In this document: positions 27,280-36,485 of the stretch, in pieces
How the letters are laid out: each line of letters starts with the position of its first letter
Position numbering within the stretch: position 1 is the stretch's first letter
Virus record (IMG/VR): IMGVR_UViG_3300028454_001166
Coordinates: 1-64,000 of that record
DNA length: 64,000 nt
DNA from: a virus
Taxonomy: Duplodnaviria; Caudoviricetes
Strand: one strand, 5' to 3'
Translations under genes and position numbers: made by a program
The notes under the pieces: generated by a model
Told to the model about the DNA's origin: nothing
Databases searched by the model: none
The model's input: the letters and a program-made list of their open reading frames with translations, nothing else

Positions 27280-27789
27280 ATGCAAAACGAAATGATAGGG
27301 GCCACGGATCAGGGGACGACAGTCTTTGCGGTGAGCATCCCCCGAAGCTATTTCACTGAGACGGCTCTCAGCAATCTCCGTAAGATCATGGACAGCAAGG
27401 CCGCGCTTTTGAAGAAGGCGCTCGGGACGGATCGCCTTGACATCATTGAAACCGACGACGAGATTCAGTTCCCATGGTTCCCGGAACCGAATGCGGATGA
27501 GTTCGTCACCTACGCTTGGCTGATCGACGGTCTGTGCGAAATGGCACGAAAGGCAAAGCGTGTGGTGGCCACGGGAAGGCCTGTTGAAAGCGAGAAGTAC
27601 ACGATGCGATGCTTCCTGCTTCGGCTGGGCTTCACCGGGCCAGAGAATAAAAAGGCCCGGAAGATTCTTCTTCGGAATCTCACGGGAAGCGCGGCGTTCC
27701 AGAATCAGGAGAAAGCTAACGCCTTTAGCGAGAAACTCAAAGCTAAGCGCCGCGATGCGAAAGTGGCTCGATCCGAGGCCACGGAATGA
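27280..27789 (+). CDS. Phage protein sharing the amidoligase C-terminal domain
   Basis: FPWF; EKYTMRCFLLRLGF...LLRNLTGSAAF. Confidence 0.8.
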   Translation: MQNEMIGATDQGTTVFAVSIPRSYFTETALSNLRKIMDSKAALLKKALGTDRLDIIETDDEIQFPWFPEPNADEFVTYAWLIDGLCEMARKAKRVVATGRPVESEKYTMRCFLLRLGFTGPENKKARKILLRNLTGSAAFQNQEKANAFSEKLKAKRRDAKVARSEATE

Positions 27790-27822
27790 CGGTGTGTTTT
27801 CAACAAAACACACCCCGAAACA

Positions 27823-27878
27823 TTGTGTAAGTTATTATCGCAAATAGCGTTGATATTAGCCCCCGAGTATGGTAATAT
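27823..27878 (+). promoter_or_regulatory. Repeated promoter unit
   Basis: TTGTGTAA, then TTGATA-17-TAATAT (TG extended). Confidence 0.7.
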
Positions 27879-27925
27879 GGGCATACCGAAAAGGAAACAC
27901 CCCAAACCATACACGGAGGCGCACA

Positions 27926-28891
27926 ATGAGCAACAAGACCGAACTTCAGATCGCCGCGATGAAGGCCCAGACCTTTGGGGTCGAGATCGAGATGAACAAC
28001 ATCACCCGCTCCGATGCGGCTAAGTTGGCCGCCGAGTTTTTCGGAACCGGACGGTGGGAGAACACCGCGAGCCGGAACGGATACAGCGCATGGAGCGCTT
28101 GGGACGCCGAGGGACGCGAGTGGAAGTTCGAAAAGGACTCCAGCATCCAAGGCCCCGATGATGAAAAGTGCGAGATGGTTACCCCGATTCTCCACTACAA
28201 CGACATCGAAACCCTGCAGGAGCTTTGCAGACAGCTCCGCAAGGCTGGCGCGAAGAGCACCCCGCGCAGAGGATGCGGGATCCACATTCACGTCGGCGCA
28301 GAGGGCCACACGGCGCAGAGCCTCCGGAACCTTGCCAACATCATGGCAAGCCACGAAGACCTTCTCAGAGAGGCCCTTTACCTCGACGAAAGCCGCCTCG
28401 GGACCTACTGCAAGCCGGTCGATCCGAATTTCCTCAAAGAAGTAAACGGGAAGAAACCGCAGACCATGGCGAAGCTCGCAGACATCTGGTACGAAAGCCA
28501 AGGCGACGACTACATGAGAAGCGCCCATTACAACCCGAGCCGCTACCACATGCTTAACCTCCACGCGACCTTTACCAAAGGCACGGTTGAGTTCCGCCTC
28601 TTCCAGTTCGACAACCCGCACCACAACGAAAAAGGCGAGCAGATTCAGGGCGGCATCCACGCGGGGAAGCTCAAGGCTTACATCCAGCTGAGCCTCGCGC
28701 TGAGCCAGATGGCAAAAGAGGTCAAAACGGCCAGCCCCAAGGTTGCGCACACCGACAACAAGAAGTACGCCATGAGATGCTGGCTCCTCCGGTTGGGCTT
28801 CATCGGGCAGGAGTTCGCCACAGCCCGCGATGTCCTTACGAAGAACCTCCCCGGCGACGCGGCCTTCCGCCACGGCAGAAACGCCGCCTAA
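27926..28891 (+). CDS. Putative amidoligase (Amidoligase_2 / COOH-NH2 ligase)
   Basis: FGVEIEM, DSSI, CEMVTPIL, CGIHIHVG, RYHMLN, TVEFRLF. Confidence 0.9.
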   Translation: MSNKTELQIAAMKAQTFGVEIEMNNITRSDAAKLAAEFFGTGRWENTASRNGYSAWSAWDAEGREWKFEKDSSIQGPDDEKCEMVTPILHYNDIETLQELCRQLRKAGAKSTPRRGCGIHIHVGAEGHTAQSLRNLANIMASHEDLLREALYLDESRLGTYCKPVDPNFLKEVNGKKPQTMAKLADIWYESQGDDYMRSAHYNPSRYHMLNLHATFTKGTVEFRLFQFDNPHHNEKGEQIQGGIHAGKLKAYIQLSLALSQMAKEVKTASPKVAHTDNKKYAMRCWLLRLGFIGQEFATARDVLTKNLPGDAAFRHGRNAA

Positions 28892-28973
28892 GCCCCTCCA
28901 CGAGCGCCACACGCCGCCTTCGGGCGGCTTAAGGTGGTAGAAGGGTAAACCACCCTCGAAAGGAGAAAAGGCT

Positions 28974-29456
28974 ATGGCAGCGAAGAAACGAGTTTACTAC
29001 ATCGCATACGGAAGCAACCTGAATGTGGAGCAGATGTCGCGCAGATGCCCCGGCGCGAGACCGCTTGGGACCACCCTCCTCCAGAATTGGCAGTTGTCCT
29101 TTAAGGGAAGCAAAACGGGAGCATACCTTACCATCGACCCCGCTCCCCGCGCGCTTGTACCCGCGGTGGTGTGGGAGGTAACCCAATCCGACATCGAGGC
29201 CTTGGACCATTACGAAGGGTACCCGGTCTTCTACACGAAAAAAGAGATCGAGGTTACCTACCGGGGGATCCGGACGCACCGGGCAAGAACGGTGACGGCC
29301 TTTGTTTACACCATGACCGAGGGCAGACCGGTCGGGATTCCTACCAACAGCTACGTTCGCACCTGTGCGATTGGATACGACGAGTTCGGCTTCAACAAGC
29401 AGTTCCTCTGGAGCGCGTTGGACAGAGGTTACAAGGAGGCGATGAAGGATGCCTGA
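28974..29456 (+). CDS. Gamma-glutamylcyclotransferase-family protein
   Basis: YIAYGSNL..QM..RCP, LDHYEGYP..Y. Confidence 0.9.
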   Translation: MAAKKRVYYIAYGSNLNVEQMSRRCPGARPLGTTLLQNWQLSFKGSKTGAYLTIDPAPRALVPAVVWEVTQSDIEALDHYEGYPVFYTKKEIEVTYRGIRTHRARTVTAFVYTMTEGRPVGIPTNSYVRTCAIGYDEFGFNKQFLWSALDRGYKEAMKDA

Positions 29457-29670
29457 GATCAGACGAACCGCGGTTTGTCCGCGTTGCGGCACGACCTACC
29501 ACGGAGTTCCTGCGGTTTCCCGGACGGATAACAAGACGCCCATTTGCCCCGAGTGTGGGGCAAGGGAGGCGCTCGCAGCTCTCGGGATAGACGAAAAAGA
29601 GGTGGAGCAGATCATCACGACCATCCGGGAGCATTCCAGCGGATTTGATGGCCGGGAGGGAAAGGAGTAA
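29449..29670 (+). CDS. Small zinc-finger protein
   Basis: CPRCG...SRTDN..ICPECG.REAL. Confidence 0.8.
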   Translation: MPEIRRTAVCPRCGTTYHGVPAVSRTDNKTPICPECGAREALAALGIDEKEVEQIITTIREHSSGFDGREGKE

Positions 29671-29695
29671 AACACACAAGTAGTCCTCCGAATGA

Positions 29696-29751
29696 TTGTG
29701 TAATTTATTACGCCGGATTGGGTTGATAAATCGCCCGGGGTATGGTAATAT
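29696..29751 (+). promoter_or_regulatory. Repeated promoter unit
   Basis: TTGTGTAA, then TTGATA-17-TAATAT (TG extended). Confidence 0.7.
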
Positions 29752-29766
29752 GTTCCTACAAAAAGA

Positions 29767-30118
29767 GAACGGAGGCCAAACCCCATGAAGAACACAGTCA
29801 AGAAGACCACGCGCAGAACCCCGGTAAACTACCAAGGATTCCTTGCAATCAAGCGCACCGAAAGCTGGTGGGAAATTCCTTACGCTTGCGCAGGACGGTG
29901 CTACGGGGTGACGGTTTGGCAGTCAAGCATAAGCGGTGACTGGCTGGTTTCCTGCGGCGCGGTGGTTGAGGGCGCAAAGGATTTTGAAGACGGGATGCGG
30001 AAAGCTCTGAACTGGCACGGAGTTCAGGCCTACGCTTTTCCGGAGTCTAAAGAATACCTGCGGTGCATCCTCTACAATTACCGGTAAACGAACGGAGGCC
30101 AAACCCCATGAAGAACAC
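29767..30118 (+). repeat. 29-bp perfect direct repeat (29767-29795, 30090-30118) spanning RBS and first codons
   Basis: GAACGGAGGCCAAACCCCATGAAGAACAC twice. Confidence 0.9.
29785..30087 (+). CDS. Hypothetical protein
   Basis: GGAGG RBS; downstream of promoter. Confidence 0.7.
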   Translation: MKNTVKKTTRRTPVNYQGFLAIKRTESWWEIPYACAGRCYGVTVWQSSISGDWLVSCGAVVEGAKDFEDGMRKALNWHGVQAYAFPESKEYLRCILYNYR

Positions 30119-30284
30119 CATCTACACCTTCATTACCAAGGACGGGAAAAGATACAGCCACAGCGGGAACAACCGCTTCGAAGCACAACAAGCCATTGAG
30201 CTTGCCTTTCGCATCGACCTTACCGGCTCCACCTTCGAGGAAGTCTACAAACTCCGGGTGGTTAGAACCGGTACGGTCCGCTGA
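30108..30284 (+). CDS. Small hypothetical protein (58 aa)
   Basis: Same RBS/start as previous gene. Confidence 0.7.
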   Translation: MKNTIYTFITKDGKRYSHSGNNRFEAQQAIELAFRIDLTGSTFEEVYKLRVVRTGTVR

Positions 30285-30312
30285 ATTCTGCCCCGACAGG
30301 AGGTTACCTACC

Positions 30313-30573
30313 ATGACGTTCAACCCTTCCACCCTCGCCCACATCCGCACCCTCGCGGATCAAGGGGCCACCATTGGCGGCTCCACCCCGCTGACCGTTG
30401 GCTTCTGTGAAGAAGCACTAACCCGCATGCAACAGGACCCCGCGGTCGTCAGCTACAACTACGACATGGCGCTCCCCGGCATCGACGCAAAGTTCATGCT
30501 GGTAATCAACCGCAACGGTACGGTTGATTCCGGTTCGAAGGAACGCGTCGAGCAGGTACTGCGGATGCGGTAA
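30313..30573 (+). CDS. Hypothetical protein
   Basis: AGGAGG RBS, ATG 30313. Confidence 0.65.
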   Translation: MTFNPSTLAHIRTLADQGATIGGSTPLTVGFCEEALTRMQQDPAVVSYNYDMALPGIDAKFMLVINRNGTVDSGSKERVEQVLRMR

Positions 30574-30683
30574 GATCCGCACAAGCACGCCCAAGAAGAA
30601 CCCGAGGAAACGAGGGTTCTTTCCTTTTGCCAGCATGAAACGCAAAGAAAAAACCGGGTTGCCCCGGTTTCGGGTTCGGTTCC

Positions 30684-30941
30684 TCAGAAGAAGTCCCGCT
30701 CGCTCATGCCGACCTCGGCCAGCTTAGCCGTCATGTAGGGGACCCGCGCGGTGTAAGGCTCGGCGTCCTCGTCTTCGTCTTCGTAGAAGGGATCGCGGTC
30801 GTATCCGTTATCCTTGTAGTGCTTGTCCCTAATGTCCTGCCGTTCGAAATCGTCTATCGCCCAGCCTTCCGCTTCAAGGGCCGCAAGTTCAGCGGCGATT
30901 TCCTTCTCGATCTCCCGGACTGTTTTCTTCACGATTGTCAT
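30684..30941 (-). CDS. Small acidic hypothetical protein
   Basis: GGAGG RBS and own promoter on minus strand. Confidence 0.7.
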   Translation of the reverse strand: MTIVKKTVREIEKEIAAELAALEAEGWAIDDFERQDIRDKHYKDNGYDRDPFYEDEDEDAEPYTARVPYMTAKLAEVGMSERDFF

Positions 30942-30984
30942 TTTGTGCCCTCCGTTTATTCAGTGTGTTCCTTTTGGTAGGCAC

Positions 30985-31040
30985 ATATTACCTCTACTCC
31001 GGTAGATTATCAAGGGTTATTTGCGGAATACATTACACAA
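30985..31040 (-). promoter_or_regulatory. Repeated promoter unit (inverted)
   Basis: TTGTGTAA, then TTGATA-17-TAATAT on minus strand. Confidence 0.7.
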
Positions 31041-31257
31041 AGTTCTGCCCTTCCTTTTGTCTGAATTATTTGTTCCTCTTCCGGCCAGCGGAGGTTCCCG
31101 GGAAGCCGTTTGTACGCGGATTAACTTCCGGAGGAACAAGGATTCGTGGGCAAGCATAACTCTCGCCACAAGCGCTCCACGGCGCTCACAGGCGACGATT
31201 CAAACGGCCACAAAAAGGCGGCTCACCGAGCGCCTTTCTGTGGAGGCTTGAATTGAT

Positions 31258-31761
31258 ATGGCAACAAAACGACCTTATAAAAACTCCGGTGCGGGCAAGG
31301 GCAAAGGTGCTCGCAACGGTGGAACCTTAATCACGCTTGATAAGCGCACGCCGGAAGAACGGCGCAAGATTGCATCAATGGGCGGAAAGGCCTCGGCTGT
31401 GAAAGCCAAGCGAGAACGCGACCTGAAAAAGCTGGCGCAGGAGTTCTTGAACATGGATGTCGCCGCGACACAAGCAACCATCCGTAATAAGATGGCGGCT
31501 CTCGGTCTTGCGGAGGACGACATGTTCTATGCGAATGCGATCTTAGCGGCTATGATCGTTCGGGCTTCGAATGGCGACGTAAACGCCGCGAAGTTCGTCC
31601 GGGATACCGCTGGCTTCAACCCGGAAGAGAAGGTCAATCTGAACGCTGAGGTAAGCGAAAAGTCCGATGTGTTGATCTACCTGCCCGAGATCGAGAAGGA
31701 TGAGGATGAAGATGCCGACGAAGAAACCGGTGGAGACCCCGACCGAGACAACGAGCAGTGA
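31258..31761 (+). CDS. terS: Terminase small subunit
   Basis: RTPEERRKIASMGGKAS, A.NGDVNAAKFVRDTAG; directly upstream of TerL. Confidence 0.75.
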   Translation: MATKRPYKNSGAGKGKGARNGGTLITLDKRTPEERRKIASMGGKASAVKAKRERDLKKLAQEFLNMDVAATQATIRNKMAALGLAEDDMFYANAILAAMIVRASNGDVNAAKFVRDTAGFNPEEKVNLNAEVSEKSDVLIYLPEIEKDEDEDADEETGGDPDRDNEQ

Positions 31762-33580
31762 GAGCATAATCATTCGCCCGCAACCGGGGCCGCAGGAGCG
31801 GTTTCTCGCTACGAGCGCTGATATTGCAATCTATGGCGGGAGCGCGGGCGGTGGAAAGGCACAGCCCCTTGACGAGCCCGTTCTGACGCCTTATGGCTTC
31901 TGGCCGATGCGGAGTATCCGCGTCGGGGTTCAGGTTTTAGCTCCGGACGGCTCTCGTGCTACAGTTATTCAGGTCCATCCGCAGGGTGTGGTTCCGGTTT
32001 ATCGCGTCAGCTTGTACGGGAACGCCAGTACCCGGTGTACAGCGGAACACCTGTGGAAGGTTTACTACCGTTCGGATTGGGCGATAAAAACGACACGAGA
32101 GCTGATCAAACTTCTGGGTTCGGGGGAGCCTATCTACGTTCCGGTGTACAGTGGTTCCCGGTGGACTTCCCGGAGGCGGATAGAATCCATCGAGTCGTGC
32201 GGCGAGACCGAGTGCCAGTGCATCACGCTGGATTCCCCCGATGGATTGTATGTGACGAAGGATTTCATCGTCACGCATAACTCCTACGGATTGCTTCTGA
32301 CCTTTCTCCGGTACAAGAATGAGCCGGGTTTCACTGCTACGATATTCCGTCAGAACTACAATCAGATCTTCGCGCCCGGTGGTTTGTGGGATGAAGCCGA
32401 GAAAATCTACGGGCGCATCCCCGGAGCCGAGAAAAAGACAATGGATGGCGCTTGGCAGTTTCGTGGGAAAGACGGGCGGATTCTTAGTAAGATCAAGTTT
32501 GCGCACATCGAACGGGATGATGCTGTACATAAGTGGCAGGGCTCACAGATAGCCGAAATTGGCTGGGATGAGCTCACCCATTTTACAAAGGCAGAGTTCT
32601 TTTATATGCTCTCCCGTAACCGTAGTACCTGCGGTGTGAAGCCCTTCGTCCGTGCGACTTGCAACCCGGACGCAAACTCATGGGTGGCGGAGTTCATCGA
32701 TTGGTGGATCGACCCGGATACCGGGTATCCCATCCAAGAACGAAGCGGGGTCAAGCGGTGGTTCATTCGTCGTGATGAACAGCTTTTCTGGGCCGACCGG
32801 AAACAGGATTTGTGGGCGGAGTTTGATCTTCAAACCCCGGAGGAGAAGCAAGAGCCCAAGTCTGTCACGTTTATTGCGTCGTCCATCTATGACAACAAGG
32901 AGCTGTTGCGGGTCAACCCGAGCTACCTTGCAAACTTGAAAGCCCTATCCGTCGTGGAGCGCGAACGGCTCCTGTACGGCAACTGGAAGATCAAACCCTC
33001 CGCAGGGCTGTTCTTCAAACGGACGCAGCTCGGGTCCATACTCGAGGTTATCCCGGATGACATCCTTCAATGGGTGCGGTGCTGGGACTTAGCCGCGACC
33101 GAGAAAGAGGAAAACGGCGATGCAGCTTACACGGCGGGCGTGCTGATCGGGAAAAGGAAGAACGGCAGATACATAATCGCGGACGTCATAAACAAGCAGA
33201 TGAGTGCCGCGGATGTCCGGAAGACGATCTACCTGACAGCACAGGCAGACCGGGCGAAGTTCAAACGCATCCGGATCCGGTTACCTCAAGACCCGGGCCA
33301 AGCCGGGAAGGAACAGGCACAGTCCTATATAAAACTGCTCTCCGGTTTTGATGTGACCGCGGTTCCCGAGACCGGGAGCAAGGAGAGCCGGGCCGAGCCT
33401 ATGGCGGCTCAATGGCAAGCCGGAAACTTCGACATCGTACACGCGGATTGGAATGAACCATACCTTGAACAGCTTGAGAATTTCCCCGAGTGGAAGTTTA
33501 AGGACATGGTGGACGCTTCGGCTAACGGCTTCGCGGAAGTCGAGCTGAAAGCGATGTTTAATATCGATACACTACTTTGA
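31712..33580 (+). CDS. terL: Terminase large subunit containing a mini-intein
   Basis: PQPGPQERF, YGGSAGGGK|S, WDELTHF, RATCNP, WDLAAT, KDMVDAS. Confidence 0.93.
   Translation: MPTKKPVETPTETTSSESIIIRPQPGPQERFLATSADIAIYGGSAGGGKAQPLDEPVLTPYGFWPMRSIRVGVQVLAPDGSRATVIQVHPQGVVPVYRVSLYGNASTRCTAEHLWKVYYRSDWAIKTTRELIKLLGSGEPIYVPVYSGSRWTSRRRIESIESCGETECQCITLDSPDGLYVTKDFIVTHNSYGLLLTFLRYKNEPGFTATIFRQNYNQIFAPGGLWDEAEKIYGRIPGAEKKTMDGAWQFRGKDGRILSKIKFAHIERDDAVHKWQGSQIAEIGWDELTHFTKAEFFYMLSRNRSTCGVKPFVRATCNPDANSWVAEFIDWWIDPDTGYPIQERSGVKRWFIRRDEQLFWADRKQDLWAEFDLQTPEEKQEPKSVTFIASSIYDNKELLRVNPSYLANLKALSVVERERLLYGNWKIKPSAGLFFKRTQLGSILEVIPDDILQWVRCWDLAATEKEENGDAAYTAGVLIGKRKNGRYIIADVINKQMSAADVRKTIYLTAQADRAKFKRIRIRLPQDPGQAGKEQAQSYIKLLSGFDVTAVPETGSKESRAEPMAAQWQAGNFDIVHADWNEPYLEQLENFPEWKFKDMVDASANGFAEVELKAMFNIDTLL
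31859..32281 (+). mobile_element. 141-aa mini-intein (Ala-start, class 3-like) in the TerL Walker A
   Basis: GK|AQPLD...CTAEHLW...ECQCI...VTHN|S; no endonuclease domain. Confidence 0.9.
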
Positions 33581-33629
33581 TTTGATCACGGGCGGGAGCC
33601 CGTTTTATCGTTGGTGAGGTGATGAAACT

Positions 33630-36485
33630 ATGGCGATGGACACGCGCGGGTATAAAAATCTCCTGCGGAAACAAACGGGAAAAGCTGTGCGTCCTGTCCG
33701 TTATGATGGGTATGTAAACCTCATCAACCGTTACGGGACCTCAAAAGATATAGACGAGCAGTACTTCTTTTCTCCGGAGCCGGATGTGCCGGATGATGAA
33801 CTGGAGCTGTTTTACGAAGGAAACGGGCTGTTCGCAAAGATCATCGATACCCCCGCTGAGGAAGCCGTGAAGCACGGCTTTGAGTTGGAAGATCTGAACG
33901 ACGATGAAATCAAAAACTTCTACGAATCCGCTCTGGATGAGCTGGATTGGGAAGAAGTGTGCATGACCTGCATTAAATGGGCGCGTCTTTATGGCGGGAG
34001 CCTCGCGGTCATGCTGATCAACGATGGCCGCGGGCTTGAAGAACCGCTCGATTGGGATTCTATCGAGTCCATCGACGATATTGTTGTCTACGACCGGTCG
34101 CTGATCGTTCCGGACCAGTCCAGCATCTATAAGTACGAGAAGGACAACCCGTTCGGCACAAGAGGCAGTCGCCTCGGAACACCCGAATGGTACGAGATAA
34201 ACAGCACAAACGGGAACTTCCGGGTTCACGACAGCCGGGTTCTCGCGTTCCGAAATGGCGTGCTTCCGCAGAGAGCAACACACCAGAACTACCAGCTCTG
34301 GGGCATTCCGGAATATGTGCGGATCAACCGAGCGATCCGAAATGCGGAGGTTGCGCACGAGAGCGCTCCGAAGATGCTCTCGAAGTCCGTCCAGCCCGTG
34401 TACAAGATGAAGAATCTGTCTGAGCTGCTGGCGACCACGGATGGCGAGGACAAGGTTCTGCGGAGGCTCCGTTTGATCGATATGGCGCGGAGCTTCCTGA
34501 ATTCCATTACCATCGACCAAGAAGGCGAAGACTACAGTTTCGCCTCCTTTGCGTTTAACGGAGTCGATCAGGTTATCACCTCCTCGTGCAACTGGCTTTC
34601 CGCGCTGACGTCCATTCCGCAGACTATCCTGTTTGGGCGGTCGCCCGCGGGCATGAATGCGACCGGAGACGCCGACCTCGAAAACTACTACAACTATGTG
34701 GAACGGATTCAGAAGCGGATGGTTCGGTCGAATCTCCGGTATCTGTTGTCCGTGATATTTACCGCGGGTCTGCATACCGGCGAGATCGATCATATTCCCG
34801 AGTTCAGCATCAAGTTCTCCCCGTTGTGGTCCATGACTGAATCCGAGCAGGTTGCGCTTGATTTGCAGAAAGCTCAGGTTGAGTCCGCGCGTGCGCAGAC
34901 GGCGTCCACATACATTCAAAATCAGGTTATCGATCCCGGCGAAGTCCGGAAGAGCCTCGCGGAATCGGACGAGTTCGACATCGAGACGATGCTGGACGAT
35001 TACACCGAGGAGGAACTTGAAGAGAACGCTCCAAAGGGCGAAGAGGGCGGGATGCCCGGTGAAGGTGGTTTGCCCGGTATGCCTCCCATGGGTGGTGCGC
35101 CGGACGGTGGCGGTATGCTTCCCATGGGTGGTGATCCCGGGTCGGGGCAGGAGGCCCCGGCACAGCCCGCACAGGCCGCTTCTGAGCCCGTTTCCGAGAG
35201 CGGGGAAGAAGGATACGCCCTGCAAGGAAACAGCCCTGAAACCGCCCCTGAAGCGACCAAGCTGCCTCAAGACCAGCTCGAGGAAGACCCGGATCATGAA
35301 GATGCGGAAAACATGGATGATGAGGACGAAGGGGCAGATAAAATCATATCTCGCCACGGCAAACCGGACTACGAGGCTCCGGTTCCCGCGGGAGAGGCTT
35401 CTTCATGGCTCGTCCAAGACCTCGACCCTCTCATGACGAACAACCCGGACACATCTTCTCCCGATTGGACCGATGATGAGATCAAACGCAGAATCCGTTC
35501 TGTGGGTGTTCTGGTAGTTGATCAGTTCGGGAAGATCCTCACTGGTGTGCGTAAGGGCGGAAGCGGTGAGAACTACGGACTGCTTGGCGGTCCCGGTGGC
35601 CACGTTGAGCCGGGGGAATCCCTCGAAGACGCGGCTATCCGTGAAACCTATGAGGAGTTCGGGATCGTCCCGAAAGATCTGATGTTCATTTCCCTCGGTC
35701 GCTACGAAGAGGACAGTGGGATGATCCCTGCCATCTTTCTTTGCACGGAGTGGGCCGGAAGGATCTACCCGGTAGACGGGGAGATGGAGAATATCCGGTT
35801 CCGGACTATAGACGACATCGAAACACACAAGTTGTTCGGGCCGTTCGAATCTTCTCTGGAAATACTCGAAAAAGAGTTGACTTCCGAGGATGAAGATGGT
35901 AATATAGTGATGGATGAATTCGTGGAGAGCGACCATCCCAGAGATGAAGACGGACGGTTTTCCAAGAATTCCACATCCGGTGCTAAGAGCGCTTCACCAA
36001 GCGGCGGGAAGAGCTCGACGAAATATGCTGAAATTGACGATGATGATGAAGAATATAATCCAGATCTTGATGGACCGGGGGAAGAGGCCAAACGAGAGAA
36101 AGAGCATGCAATAAGCTACTATAAAGCCGTTAGGCGTCGGCACGGTGATGTCAAGAAGATCGCAAGGAATACCGGATTTCCCGAGCAAGTGATCGATAGA
36201 ATTCGTGAACATGTTTTCATGAAGAAGCACGATCTGGGAGACGATAAAATGAAACGCTTTTCCCCGGATTATGATATGGCACAGTCATGGCAGCGGTTAG
36301 TGAAGGGAAAAAACATTCAACCCCATGACGTCACCCTTTTGAAGCATGAACAAAAAGAGTACGAGCTGATGGATTCGGGACTATCTCAGGATAAAGCCCA
36401 CGCGTTAGCGACCCGAGAATTTGATTATCAAGGAGAGGTGGAAAAATACAATGGTAAAAGTCAAAAACATAACAAAGACACCTGA
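33630..36485 (+). CDS. Portal protein (DUF1073-like) fused to a Nudix hydrolase and a C-terminal toxin-like domain
   Basis: WARLYGG, IPQTILFGRSPAGMNATGD.DLENYY; Nudix box 35598-35666 GHVEPGESLEDAAIRETYEEFG; HPRDEDGRF; C-terminal PDYDMAQSWQRL...HEQKE...AH. Confidence 0.88.
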   Translation: MAMDTRGYKNLLRKQTGKAVRPVRYDGYVNLINRYGTSKDIDEQYFFSPEPDVPDDELELFYEGNGLFAKIIDTPAEEAVKHGFELEDLNDDEIKNFYESALDELDWEEVCMTCIKWARLYGGSLAVMLINDGRGLEEPLDWDSIESIDDIVVYDRSLIVPDQSSIYKYEKDNPFGTRGSRLGTPEWYEINSTNGNFRVHDSRVLAFRNGVLPQRATHQNYQLWGIPEYVRINRAIRNAEVAHESAPKMLSKSVQPVYKMKNLSELLATTDGEDKVLRRLRLIDMARSFLNSITIDQEGEDYSFASFAFNGVDQVITSSCNWLSALTSIPQTILFGRSPAGMNATGDADLENYYNYVERIQKRMVRSNLRYLLSVIFTAGLHTGEIDHIPEFSIKFSPLWSMTESEQVALDLQKAQVESARAQTASTYIQNQVIDPGEVRKSLAESDEFDIETMLDDYTEEELEENAPKGEEGGMPGEGGLPGMPPMGGAPDGGGMLPMGGDPGSGQEAPAQPAQAASEPVSESGEEGYALQGNSPETAPEATKLPQDQLEEDPDHEDAENMDDEDEGADKIISRHGKPDYEAPVPAGEASSWLVQDLDPLMTNNPDTSSPDWTDDEIKRRIRSVGVLVVDQFGKILTGVRKGGSGENYGLLGGPGGHVEPGESLEDAAIRETYEEFGIVPKDLMFISLGRYEEDSGMIPAIFLCTEWAGRIYPVDGEMENIRFRTIDDIETHKLFGPFESSLEILEKELTSEDEDGNIVMDEFVESDHPRDEDGRFSKNSTSGAKSASPSGGKSSTKYAEIDDDDEEYNPDLDGPGEEAKREKEHAISYYKAVRRRHGDVKKIARNTGFPEQVIDRIREHVFMKKHDLGDDKMKRFSPDYDMAQSWQRLVKGKNIQPHDVTLLKHEQKEYELMDSGLSQDKAHALATREFDYQGEVEKYNGKSQKHNKDT
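35877..35905 (+). promoter_or_regulatory. Promoter embedded in portal CDS ahead of the toxin domain
   Basis: TTGACT-17-TAATAT with TG extension. Confidence 0.7.

Noticed and set aside
33741-35357. Long antisense ORFs (also 19596-20648, 25711-26823, 27800-28912, 47294-48559, 52879-54516, 59578-61305)
   Set aside because: Shadows of GC3-biased genes on the opposite strand; no RBS or recognisable motifs
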